64,000 bases of DNA from Candidatus Omnitrophota bacterium (GTDB lineage: Bacteria; Omnitrophota; Omnitrophia; Omnitrophales; Aquincolibacteriaceae): contig JAFGHI010000063.1 of NCBI GenBank assembly GCA_016930235.1, positions 799-64,798 of the forward strand. The letters run 5' to 3'. Below, piece by piece: positions 18,810-29,505 of the stretch (its first letter is position 1; each line of letters opens with the position of its first letter). The notes beneath the pieces were generated by a model. It made no database searches. It saw only the letters and a program-made list of their open reading frames with translations, and was not told where the DNA came from. The translations under genes were made by a program, and so were the position numbers.

Positions 18810-20003
18810 ATGGAAGATTTAATTCAACCGCATGGCGGGAAATTGATTTCAAAAGAACTGAGCGGGGAGGAAGCGAAAGAGGGGGTAAGAAAAGCCAAGG
18901 AGCTTAAGAAACTGGAACTGGCTCCCTATGAGGTTTCGGACTTGGAGATGATCGCTTCAGGAGCCATGAGCCCCTTGGAAGGTTTTATGGGCCAAGAACA
19001 AATGCAGTCCGTTCTAAAAAGAATGCGGCTGCCCAGCGGGCTCGTTTGGTCTTTGCCTGTTGTAAAGTCTGTGTCCGGAGAGGAGAAAAAATCTCTGAAG
19101 GTGGGGGAAGAAGTCGGATTAATCGATGGGGAAAGCAGAGAGGTTTTGGCGATTCTGAAGGTTGCGGAAATTTTCCCTCATGATAAAAAAGTTCACGCAA
19201 ACGAGACTTACCAAACTGAAGATCCGGCTCATCCTGGTGTGGCGCGGATTCTTTCTATGGAAGAGTTCCTTGTCGGGGGGGACATCCAATTAGTCCAAAA
19301 ACCGAAACACACAAAGTTTTTGAATTATCGACGAGACCCCAAGGATACGCGGGCACTTTTTATTCAGAAGAAGTGGAAGCGGGTGGTGGCTTTCCAAACA
19401 CGCAATCCCATTCACCGGGCGCATGAGTATTTAACAAAATGCGCTCTTGAAATGACTGATGGCTTAATGATCCATCCTCTTGTCGGGCAAACTAAAGGGG
19501 ACGATATCTCCGCGGAAGTCAGGATGAAATGCTACGAGGTTCTGATGGAGAAATATTATGCCAATGACCGCGTGCTATTATCTGTTTTTCCCGCAGCGAT
19601 GCGCTATGCGGGTCCTAGGGAAGCGATTTTCCATGCCGTGGTCAGAAAAAATTATGGCTGCACACATTTCATTGTCGGACGGGATCATGCCGGGGCCTCC
19701 AAGCCGGACGGGAAACCTTATTATGGGTCATTTGATGCGCAGCTGATTTTTAACAATTTTGAGCCGGAAGAAATTGGGATCACGCCGATTTTCTTTGATT
19801 TTACTTTTTACTGCAAGACTTGTCAGGGGATGGTGTCTCCCAAAACATGCCCTCATGATAAAAGTCATCATCTCAGCTTAAGCGGGACCAAGGTGCGTGA
19901 AATGCTCCGCCAAGGGGAAATTCCGCCGCCCGAATTCACCCGCCCTGAAGTTGCCCGGATTTTGATCGAAGCGATGAAGGAAAAAAGCGCAGTAAGTTCG
20001 TAA
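18810..20003 (+). CDS. sat: Sulfate adenylyltransferase (homo-oligomeric ATP sulfurylase)
   Basis: The QTRNPIHRAHE motif (HxxH) and the 397-aa length match the family. Confidence 0.9.
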   Translation: MEDLIQPHGGKLISKELSGEEAKEGVRKAKELKKLELAPYEVSDLEMIASGAMSPLEGFMGQEQMQSVLKRMRLPSGLVWSLPVVKSVSGEEKKSLKVGEEVGLIDGESREVLAILKVAEIFPHDKKVHANETYQTEDPAHPGVARILSMEEFLVGGDIQLVQKPKHTKFLNYRRDPKDTRALFIQKKWKRVVAFQTRNPIHRAHEYLTKCALEMTDGLMIHPLVGQTKGDDISAEVRMKCYEVLMEKYYANDRVLLSVFPAAMRYAGPREAIFHAVVRKNYGCTHFIVGRDHAGASKPDGKPYYGSFDAQLIFNNFEPEEIGITPIFFDFTFYCKTCQGMVSPKTCPHDKSHHLSLSGTKVREMLRQGEIPPPEFTRPEVARILIEAMKEKSAVSS

Positions 20004-20013
20004 GGAGGATCTT

Positions 20014-20970
20014 ATGACGACTGGTTCTGTAAAAATGTTTACGAAACCGCTGGTCGCGAAAAATGTTCTCGAGTTGATTTTTAACACGCCTTTGGTGAAA
20101 TTGAACAAGATTGTGCAGCCCGGAATGGCAAATGTTTTCGGTAAGCTTGAGTTTTTTAGTCCGGGCGGGAGCGTGAAGGACAGGATCTGCTATAGCATGA
20201 TTCGCCAGGCAGAAGAGAAGAACTTGATCAAACAAGATACGATTATTGTCGAGCCGACGTCGGGCAATACAGGGGTTGGATTAGCTCTGGTTTGTGCGGT
20301 CAAAGGTTATCGGTTGATTTTAACGATGCCGGAGACTATGAGCATTGAGAGACGGCAATTACTCAAAAGATATGGCGCTGAAGTCGTATTGACGCCTGGC
20401 GAAGAAGGGATGAAAGGGGCTGTCAAGAAAGCCGAAGAACTAACCCAGCAATATAAGAACAGCTTTATGCCTCAGCAATTCAATAATCCGGCCAACCCCG
20501 AAATTCATAAACAAACCACAGCCGAAGAAATTTTAGCAGCCTTAGATGGAAAAATCGATGCCTTTGTGGCAGGCGTTGGGACCGGCGGGACGATTACAGG
20601 GTGCGGAGAACTTTTTAAGAAGAAGAATTCAAAGATCAAAATTATTGCCGTCGAGCCAAAAAACTCGCCCGTGCTTTCAGGCGGCCAACCCGGCAAACAT
20701 AAAATTCAAGGGATAGGGGCAGGTTTTGTTCCTGAAGTTTTGAACCGCGAAATCCTCGATGAAATTGTACAAGTTGATGATCAGGATGCCTGGGATATGG
20801 CCATGGAGCTTGTGAAGCAAGAAGGTATTCTAAGCGGGATCTCCACAGGGGCGATTTTTGTTGCTGCGCTTAAGGTTGCTAAGGAGCTTGGCCCCGGCAA
20901 AAATGTCGTAGGCATTGTTTGTGACACGGGAGAACGTTATCTCAGCATGGACGAAGTTTTCCGGGTTTGA
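20014..20970 (+). CDS. cysK: Cysteine synthase (O-acetylserine sulfhydrylase)
   Basis: The PLP lysine motif SVKDRI and the TSGNTG loop are present. Confidence 0.9.
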   Translation: MTTGSVKMFTKPLVAKNVLELIFNTPLVKLNKIVQPGMANVFGKLEFFSPGGSVKDRICYSMIRQAEEKNLIKQDTIIVEPTSGNTGVGLALVCAVKGYRLILTMPETMSIERRQLLKRYGAEVVLTPGEEGMKGAVKKAEELTQQYKNSFMPQQFNNPANPEIHKQTTAEEILAALDGKIDAFVAGVGTGGTITGCGELFKKKNSKIKIIAVEPKNSPVLSGGQPGKHKIQGIGAGFVPEVLNREILDEIVQVDDQDAWDMAMELVKQEGILSGISTGAIFVAALKVAKELGPGKNVVGIVCDTGERYLSMDEVFRV

Positions 20971-20992
20971 ATTTAAGGGTGCTCCCCGATTT

Positions 20993-22045
20993 ATGAAAGC
21001 GTTTATATCGAATTTGAAAGAGCGGATTTTTACGGGCGGCGAAATCCTCTTTAACGAGGCCATGAAGCTTGCCGAGATTGCTGACGAACAGAGTTTTCAT
21101 CTCCTCCTTGAAACGGCCCACGATATCACTTCCCGGTTTTGTCCGAAGGAACCGGATCTATGTTCTCTTATCAATGCGAAGAGCTATCTTTGCGGCGAAG
21201 ACTGTAAGTTTTGTGCGCAATCGTCAAAATATCAAACCGGAGTTCATCGTTATCCCCTCATCACAGTTGACGAAGCGTTAGGGAAGGCAAAGCTCTTTGA
21301 AAAAGAGGGCGTCAAGACTGTTTGCCTTGTCACAAGCGGTGGCACCTTGAGCGAAAAAGAATATGAGCAAGTCCTTCGGATGATCGAGGCCATCAAGAAA
21401 GAAACAAGAATGGAGGTTGATGGATCTTTGGGATTTTTGTCTATCGAACAAGTCAAGCGTTTGAGAGAAACGGGATTGAGAAGGATTAATAATAACTTGC
21501 AATGTTCAAAGGAATTCTATCCGGAGATCGTTTCGACCCATCGCTATGAAAAACGGCTTGAAACCATGGATAACCTCCAAGAAGGCGGGATCGAAATTTG
21601 TTCGGGCGGAATTTTTAATCTTGGGGAATCCCGGGAGGACAGAATCCGAATGGCTTTCGAATTGAAACCTTTTCGGCCTAAGTGTTTGCCGATTAATATC
21701 CTGAATCCCAGGCCGGGCACGCCTCTTGAAAATCAACCCCGGATGGATCCTAAGGAGATTCTGAAGACAGTGGCCGTTTATCGGTTTATACATCCGACAG
21801 CAAATATAAAACTGGCAGGAGGCCGGGAAGTCAACCTTTCACTTGAGGAGCAGGCCCTTGCGCTTAGGGGCGGGGCTAATGGATTGGTCGTTTGCGGGTA
21901 TTTGACAACGGCAGGGAATCCGCTAGAAGAGGATATGGTATTATTAAGGCAAGCAGGCTTTGATACGGCAAGGCATCCCCGCGCATGCGGTCATGCTGGA
22001 GAAACTCAAGCGATACATCATTCAATTGGTTTATCAACATCTTGA
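20993..22045 (+). CDS. bioB: Biotin synthase
   Basis: The radical-SAM CGEDCKFCAQS motif and the YNHNL-like region (INNNLQ) are present. The start was chosen at the in-frame ATG 20993, after the cysK stop. Confidence 0.9.
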   Translation: MKAFISNLKERIFTGGEILFNEAMKLAEIADEQSFHLLLETAHDITSRFCPKEPDLCSLINAKSYLCGEDCKFCAQSSKYQTGVHRYPLITVDEALGKAKLFEKEGVKTVCLVTSGGTLSEKEYEQVLRMIEAIKKETRMEVDGSLGFLSIEQVKRLRETGLRRINNNLQCSKEFYPEIVSTHRYEKRLETMDNLQEGGIEICSGGIFNLGESREDRIRMAFELKPFRPKCLPINILNPRPGTPLENQPRMDPKEILKTVAVYRFIHPTANIKLAGGREVNLSLEEQALALRGGANGLVVCGYLTTAGNPLEEDMVLLRQAGFDTARHPRACGHAGETQAIHHSIGLSTS

Positions 22046-22770
22046 ATAAAATTCTTTCCCAGAAAATCATTTTAATTACCGGCGGGACAAGTCAACTGGG
22101 TAGAATTTATGTGACAAAGGCCCTCGACGAAGGAGCTAAGGTTTATTTCACTTATTTCAAACAAAAAGATCTGGCCAAGGAGCTTTCCCAGAAAGGGGCT
22201 CATGGATTTGAGCTTAACCTTGCCGACACCCCAAGCTTGGATCAGTTTGTGAAATCCTTTAGGGAGAAGGAGAAATCCCTGGATGTTCTAATTCATAATG
22301 CGGCAGCTGTCCGGGATGGGATGATCCAAAATATGAGCGAAGAAGCTTGGGATTACGTTTTAAATGTGAATCTCAAAGCGCCGTTTTATCTTTCAAAAAA
22401 ATTGTTGCCGCTCCTTTTTCAAAGGAAATCGTCGAAAATATTTATGCTGACAAGTCGCTTAGCCCTTAAAGGGGCACCCGGCGTTGCAAATTACGCGGCC
22501 TCTAAAGCTGGGCTCATTGCAGTCGTAAAAACAATGGCCCAGGAGCTTGGTCGAAAAAAAGTTTTGGTGAATGCGGTCAATCCGGGATTTATGAAGTCCC
22601 CGATGACGGCGGATGCACCGGAGTCAGTGATTCGCCAAAATTTGCAGGATAGCTCGCTCGGCCAGTTTTCGAATCCTGAAGAGGTGGCAGATTTTTTGAT
22701 TTATTTGTGCTCGGATAAAATGACTCAGGTGACCGGCCAGGTTTTTCACTTTGATTCGAGGAAGATATGA
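21985..22770 (+). CDS. Short-chain dehydrogenase/reductase, FabG-like 3-oxoacyl-ACP reductase paralog
   Basis: The product has the Rossmann motif ILITGGTSQLG and the YxxxK catalytic pair (YAASK). The true start is probably TTG at about 22042, overlapping the bioB stop. Confidence 0.8.
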   Translation: MRSCWRNSSDTSFNWFINILNKILSQKIILITGGTSQLGRIYVTKALDEGAKVYFTYFKQKDLAKELSQKGAHGFELNLADTPSLDQFVKSFREKEKSLDVLIHNAAAVRDGMIQNMSEEAWDYVLNVNLKAPFYLSKKLLPLLFQRKSSKIFMLTSRLALKGAPGVANYAASKAGLIAVVKTMAQELGRKKVLVNAVNPGFMKSPMTADAPESVIRQNLQDSSLGQFSNPEEVADFLIYLCSDKMTQVTGQVFHFDSRKI

Positions 22771-23972
22771 GAAGAAGAGTTGTAATTACAGGAATGGGGG
22801 TTGTCTCGCCCATAGGAAATACGGCGGTAACTTTCTTAGAGAGCTTAAAGAATGGACGCTCAGGAGAAGGCGCCATTACAAGTTTTGATGCGACAAATTT
22901 CCCGGTCAAAAGAGCTTTTGAGGTTAAACAATTTGATGCAAAAAGATATAAGACCCACATGATGGATCCTTTCATCCAGTATGCCATGGGGGCGGCGACG
23001 GAGGCGGTTGAAGATGCCTGTTTTGATATGAATGCTGTAGATCATTTCCGGATCGGTTTGGCAATCGGCTCAAGCAAGGGGGGAGTTCACACCATTGATC
23101 GGTTTAAAGAGCGGTTTGAAAAACATCCGAGCGCCATTTTAGGGGCTCGGATTTACACTAATGCCGTTCCAAATTTTGCGGCTCAATGGATTGCCAGAAG
23201 ATGGGATATCGGAGGCCCGGCGAAATGTTATGTTGCAGCTTGCGCGACAGGGACAGTGGGTATTATCGAAGGTATCCGGATGGTTGAAGCCGGTGATGTG
23301 GATTATTGTCTTGCGGGGGCGAGCGATGCGTCGATTGTTCCTCTTATGCTGGCAGGGTATCGGAATATGAAGGCCTTATCGCCTGACGCGATCCGGCCCT
23401 TTGATCTTAGCCGTAACGGGTTCGTAATTGGAGAAGGAGCAGGAATTGTTTTTTTGGAAACAATTGAAAGTGCGCAAGCCCGGAATGCAGCAATTTACGG
23501 AGAAGTTGCCGGGTACGCTTATGGAAATGATTGTTATCACCCTGTTCAATTCGATCCTTGCGGAGATGCCTTGGCTCGAACGCTCGATCTTTTATTTAGG
23601 AAATGTGCGTTATCAAAAAGAGATGTTGATTATGTCAATCTCCACGGGACTGGAACAGTTGCGGGGGATCTTTATGAAGCAAGGCAGCTTCGAAAATTTT
23701 TTGGGGAAAAAACGGACAACATTTCGATGAGTGCGACAAAATCTATGACAGGGCACATGTTGGGAGCGTCGGGTGCTGTGGAATTGATTGCGGCCATCCT
23801 GGCCATAAAAGAGGATTTCGTTCCCCCAACGATCGGGATCGAGAAACAAGATCCGGAGTGTGACATCGATATCACTTGCCTTGGAGCAAAAGAGAGAAAA
23901 ATCAAGGCCGCTCTTTCCCTCTCAATGGGATTTGGCGGGCACATTGCGACGATTGCGATCAAGAAAATATGA
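22767..23972 (+). CDS. Beta-ketoacyl-ACP synthase I/II-like (FabF/FabB paralog)
   Basis: The active-site Cys lies in AACATG, the His residues in HGTGT and TGHMLGASG. Both ends overlap neighbouring genes (ATGA). Confidence 0.85.
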   Translation: MRRRVVITGMGVVSPIGNTAVTFLESLKNGRSGEGAITSFDATNFPVKRAFEVKQFDAKRYKTHMMDPFIQYAMGAATEAVEDACFDMNAVDHFRIGLAIGSSKGGVHTIDRFKERFEKHPSAILGARIYTNAVPNFAAQWIARRWDIGGPAKCYVAACATGTVGIIEGIRMVEAGDVDYCLAGASDASIVPLMLAGYRNMKALSPDAIRPFDLSRNGFVIGEGAGIVFLETIESAQARNAAIYGEVAGYAYGNDCYHPVQFDPCGDALARTLDLLFRKCALSKRDVDYVNLHGTGTVAGDLYEARQLRKFFGEKTDNISMSATKSMTGHMLGASGAVELIAAILAIKEDFVPPTIGIEKQDPECDIDITCLGAKERKIKAALSLSMGFGGHIATIAIKKI

Positions 23973-25123
23973 GTCCTCTAACCCTTCAAGAAGAACTGGC
24001 AGGAATTGCTTCCCAAGATTTATTCAGAAAGATTCGAACCCTCGAACGGATTGACAGTACGCGAGCGGTTTTAAACGGGCGCGAAATTCAACTTTTTTGC
24101 AGCAATGACTATTTGGGGCTTTCTTATCACCCCCGGATCATTGCGGTTGTTCAAAAAGCCGTTTCAATTTATGGGGTGGGGGCAGGCGCGGCGAGACTTA
24201 TTTCCGGGAGTACCAATCTTCATGAAAACTTGGAGAAGAGACTCGCGGAATTGAAACAGAAGGAAAAAGCACTGCTTTTTACAACGGGGTATCTCGCGAA
24301 TCTCGGGATTCTTACAGCGCTAGCTGGCAAAGAAGACATCATTGTGATGGATAAGTTATGTCATGCCTCGATTGTAGATGGAGCCCGGCTTTCAGGCGCT
24401 ACAATACGAGTTTTCCCTCACAAAAACTATGCGCGCCTGGAAGAAATCTTGTCCAAGGCAGTTTCGTTTAGAAGGCGGCTTGTTGTTACGGATACTGTAT
24501 TCAGCATGGATGGTGATTTGGCCGATATCCCCGAATTGATTCACCTAAAGAAAAAGTTTGATGCATTACTCATCGTAGACGACGCCCATGGCACGGGGGT
24601 TTTGGGAGCCACGGGCCAAGGAGCGACTGAGGATATCAACGGGGCAGAGGAAGTCGATATTGTGATGGGGACGCTTTCCAAAGCCTTAGGTTGTCTTGGC
24701 GGGTTTGCTTGCGGGAACAAAGCGCTTATCGATTATTTAATCAATTTTGCACGGCCTTTTATTTTTGCGACGGCATTGCCCCCCATGTGTTGTGCTGCCT
24801 CGATCGAAGCGATTAAGATTCTCAAAGAAGAGCCATTGCTACGAGAAAGATTATGGAACAATGTAAGCCTCGCTCGTGGGAACCTTAAGAATTTAGGGTT
24901 TGATTTTTCTCAATTGGCATCGCCGATTCTTCCCCTTATTGTAGGGGAAGAAAAAAGAGCTGTTGAAATATCGGAGTCTCTTCTTCAAGAAGGGTTCCTC
25001 GTTCCCGCTGTTCGAACCCCGACCGTCCCGCGGGGGAAAGCCAGGTTACGTCTTACGATTAGTGCTTCTCATACTCAACGGGATATAGAAAAGATTTGCA
25101 CTGTATTGAAAAAAACGCTTTAA
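23969..25123 (+). CDS. bioF: 8-amino-7-oxononanoate synthase
   Basis: This is a PLP-dependent alpha-oxoamine synthase (TLSKALG lysine region). The start ATG overlaps the upstream stop. Confidence 0.85.
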   Translation: MSPLTLQEELAGIASQDLFRKIRTLERIDSTRAVLNGREIQLFCSNDYLGLSYHPRIIAVVQKAVSIYGVGAGAARLISGSTNLHENLEKRLAELKQKEKALLFTTGYLANLGILTALAGKEDIIVMDKLCHASIVDGARLSGATIRVFPHKNYARLEEILSKAVSFRRRLVVTDTVFSMDGDLADIPELIHLKKKFDALLIVDDAHGTGVLGATGQGATEDINGAEEVDIVMGTLSKALGCLGGFACGNKALIDYLINFARPFIFATALPPMCCAASIEAIKILKEEPLLRERLWNNVSLARGNLKNLGFDFSQLASPILPLIVGEEKRAVEISESLLQEGFLVPAVRTPTVPRGKARLRLTISASHTQRDIEKICTVLKKTL

Positions 25124-25219
25124 CATGGAGATATCTTGGATAATCAGACTCCAGCATGTCTTCTTATCTTTTGAAATATCATAGCCGGTAGTCTTAAAAG
25201 TAAAAGAAGGTAGCCTCTG

Positions 25220-25972
25220 ATGCGGCATATAGTTGTTTTGCCCTACTATTCGGATGAAGAAGTCCAGGTCTTCCATGAAATTGCAGACATATGGAAGGTG
25301 CTGACAAAGACGGAATGCGATTATACCTTTTTGCTTGTGTCTAGGTTTGACCGCAAACCCGATGAGGGATTACTGAGAAAATATTTAGAAATCGCACCGA
25401 CACAAAGTATTCGATCCACTACCGAGGGCCGAGGGATCAAAAAGCCTGACGTGGGATTTAAAGTTGAAGGGCCTACGGCGATGTTTTGGGATGCGGTTGA
25501 ATTTGTCAGCCAAAATTTTCCCCATGACGGAGGATTTATGCTTTGGTTTGAATATGATATGGTCCCTCTGGTCCCCGATTGGTTGGATCGGCTGGAAAAG
25601 GAGTGGAAAATCAGCCGGTACGTATTGATGGGGAAGTTGATTGACCGAGAATGGGCCAAAGAAAATATTCCTAGCCAATCAGATAATATCGTCAAACATA
25701 TCAACGGTGGGGCATGTTATTCAAAAGATTTTATTCGTAAAGTGCCTAAGCAAAAATTTAATATGGCAATGCCGTGGGATATGCAGGTTTATCGATATAT
25801 TTCTTCGTGGCATAATCGGTTCAGGCTTCGATATAAAACAACGAATTTGATCGAATTTCGCTATGCTAGTTCCTCATTGGAAAAGCCACCTTTACATGAT
25901 AGCGCTATCCTTCATGGGGTCAAGGACGGTTCAGCTCGGGCGTATATCCACGAGAAAGTCCAAAGTCCCTAA
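25220..25972 (+). CDS. Hypothetical protein, possibly GT-A-like nucleotide-sugar transferase fold
   Basis: The 250-aa product has a WFEYDMVP segment (DxD-like) and HINGGACY. No confident family assignment is possible. Confidence 0.5.
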   Translation: MRHIVVLPYYSDEEVQVFHEIADIWKVLTKTECDYTFLLVSRFDRKPDEGLLRKYLEIAPTQSIRSTTEGRGIKKPDVGFKVEGPTAMFWDAVEFVSQNFPHDGGFMLWFEYDMVPLVPDWLDRLEKEWKISRYVLMGKLIDREWAKENIPSQSDNIVKHINGGACYSKDFIRKVPKQKFNMAMPWDMQVYRYISSWHNRFRLRYKTTNLIEFRYASSSLEKPPLHDSAILHGVKDGSARAYIHEKVQSP

Positions 25973-26049
25973 GCCGTCACTCCTAAGCTGCGATCTTGTA
26001 GGTTCCGAGGAGATGCTGTAAGATACACACCTTTGGAGCCAATATCCCG

Positions 26050-26826
26050 ATGAAATTCACACAACAACGGTTAAGCCAGGTTCTCGATCGGAATCAGCAA
26101 CGGATCGCTGCGGAAAAGAAAATTCTGGGAGTTTTGGCTATTCTCAATTTGCTGGGCCTTGCGTTTTCAGTCTCAGTTATATTTTTTTATGTCCCCAGCC
26201 TGCCCGAACTTTTTTCTCCCCCGGCTCACGCGGCAATCGCCGTATTCATGTGTATGTTTGCAGCGAATTTGCTTTTGATCTGGATGATCATTCGATCCAG
26301 GCGTGCGTGGACCGATGCTGCGAAAAATATTGAATGCGATAAGCTGACAGGGGCTTTGCATTGGCGGAGTTTTCTTGAAGTTTTGGACGAAGAGGTGCGT
26401 CGGGCGGGACGTTATCGATACCCTTTAAGTTTATGTCTCTTAGATTTAGATGATTTTCAGTCGGCAAATAATAATTTTGGGACCACTCATGGGGATGAGA
26501 TCTTACAACGTTTCTCAAAATTCATGATGGGAACGGTTCGTTTTACGGATACGTTTGCGAGGTATGACCGGGATGAATTTCTTGTGCTTTTACCGCATAC
26601 CGATATCGTCAGGGCTCAGAAATTTGCTTCCCGTACTTTGATGCAGTCGATCGAGAGAATCGATAGCAGTTTCAGTGCCGGTCTGACGCTGTTTCAAGTC
26701 GGAGAGAAAAAAGAACAATTTTTAGAGAGGGCCGCCTTAGCGCTGAAGCAAGCCAAGCGGGAAGGGAAGAAAAGGATTCAATGTGTGATTGCTGAAGGAG
26801 GAATGCAAACGGCGCTGTCGTTATAG
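26050..26826 (+). CDS. Membrane-anchored GGDEF-domain protein with a degenerate active site (DRDEF) and an intact I-site (RFTD)
   Basis: Two N-terminal TM segments precede a GGDEF fold (DKLTGALHWRSF ... LLDLDDFQSANNNFG). RYDRDEF replaces RYGGEEF, but the RxxD motif five residues upstream is retained. Confidence 0.75.
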   Translation: MKFTQQRLSQVLDRNQQRIAAEKKILGVLAILNLLGLAFSVSVIFFYVPSLPELFSPPAHAAIAVFMCMFAANLLLIWMIIRSRRAWTDAAKNIECDKLTGALHWRSFLEVLDEEVRRAGRYRYPLSLCLLDLDDFQSANNNFGTTHGDEILQRFSKFMMGTVRFTDTFARYDRDEFLVLLPHTDIVRAQKFASRTLMQSIERIDSSFSAGLTLFQVGEKKEQFLERAALALKQAKREGKKRIQCVIAEGGMQTALSL

Positions 26827-26879
26827 GCATTCTGGGGTTTCTTCACAAGGAAGTTCATTAGAAGGGTTTCCTCGAAGAG

Positions 26880-27275
26880 ATGAAGAAAAAACGAATTATT
26901 GTATTATGCACGGTTGTGGCGGCTATTATATTTATCCCCTCGATGGTTTATGCTCAAGTGGGCGGAGTGAACATCCAACACGTCGCGGCAAAACAGAGGA
27001 CGCCCAGCAAATATGTGCTAACGGCCGAGCTTGTTAATGACAGCGGAGAAGATAAGGAAGTTATTTTAAGGGGGCAGATTACCTTTTATGACAAAGCCGC
27101 CCCCAAGGGTGATTTGCCGGTGACATCTGTGAGGAAAGATGTCTCGGTTGTTTTACGAAAGTACGAAACCCGGAATTTTGAGACGTTGCTAATCATAGAA
27201 GGAACCCCGCCGGTTGGTTCTCTTCGGATGGAACCCTCGCTTCGCATCCGACGTTCTCGCGAATGGAATTATTAG
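26880..27275 (+). CDS. Small secreted hypothetical protein
   Basis: An N-terminal signal peptide (MKKKRIIVLCTVVAAIIFIPSMVYA) is followed by a roughly 105-aa mature part with no recognisable motif. Confidence 0.5.
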   Translation: MKKKRIIVLCTVVAAIIFIPSMVYAQVGGVNIQHVAAKQRTPSKYVLTAELVNDSGEDKEVILRGQITFYDKAAPKGDLPVTSVRKDVSVVLRKYETRNFETLLIIEGTPPVGSLRMEPSLRIRRSREWNY

Positions 27276-27309
27276 ATTTCCCAAATAGGAGTAAGGGGAA
27301 TAAAAAAAG

Positions 27310-29449
<2,140 letters not shown>

Positions 29450-29505
29450 CGAAATAAAATCAGCATTCATTTCAAGCCGGATTAATCGTAAAGGGGGTAT
29501 CGTCT

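Noticed and set aside
20915-20992. N-terminal 26 codons of ORF-track bioB entry
   Set aside because: They overlap the cysK 3' end. BioB homology starts at the ATG at 20993, just after the cysK stop.
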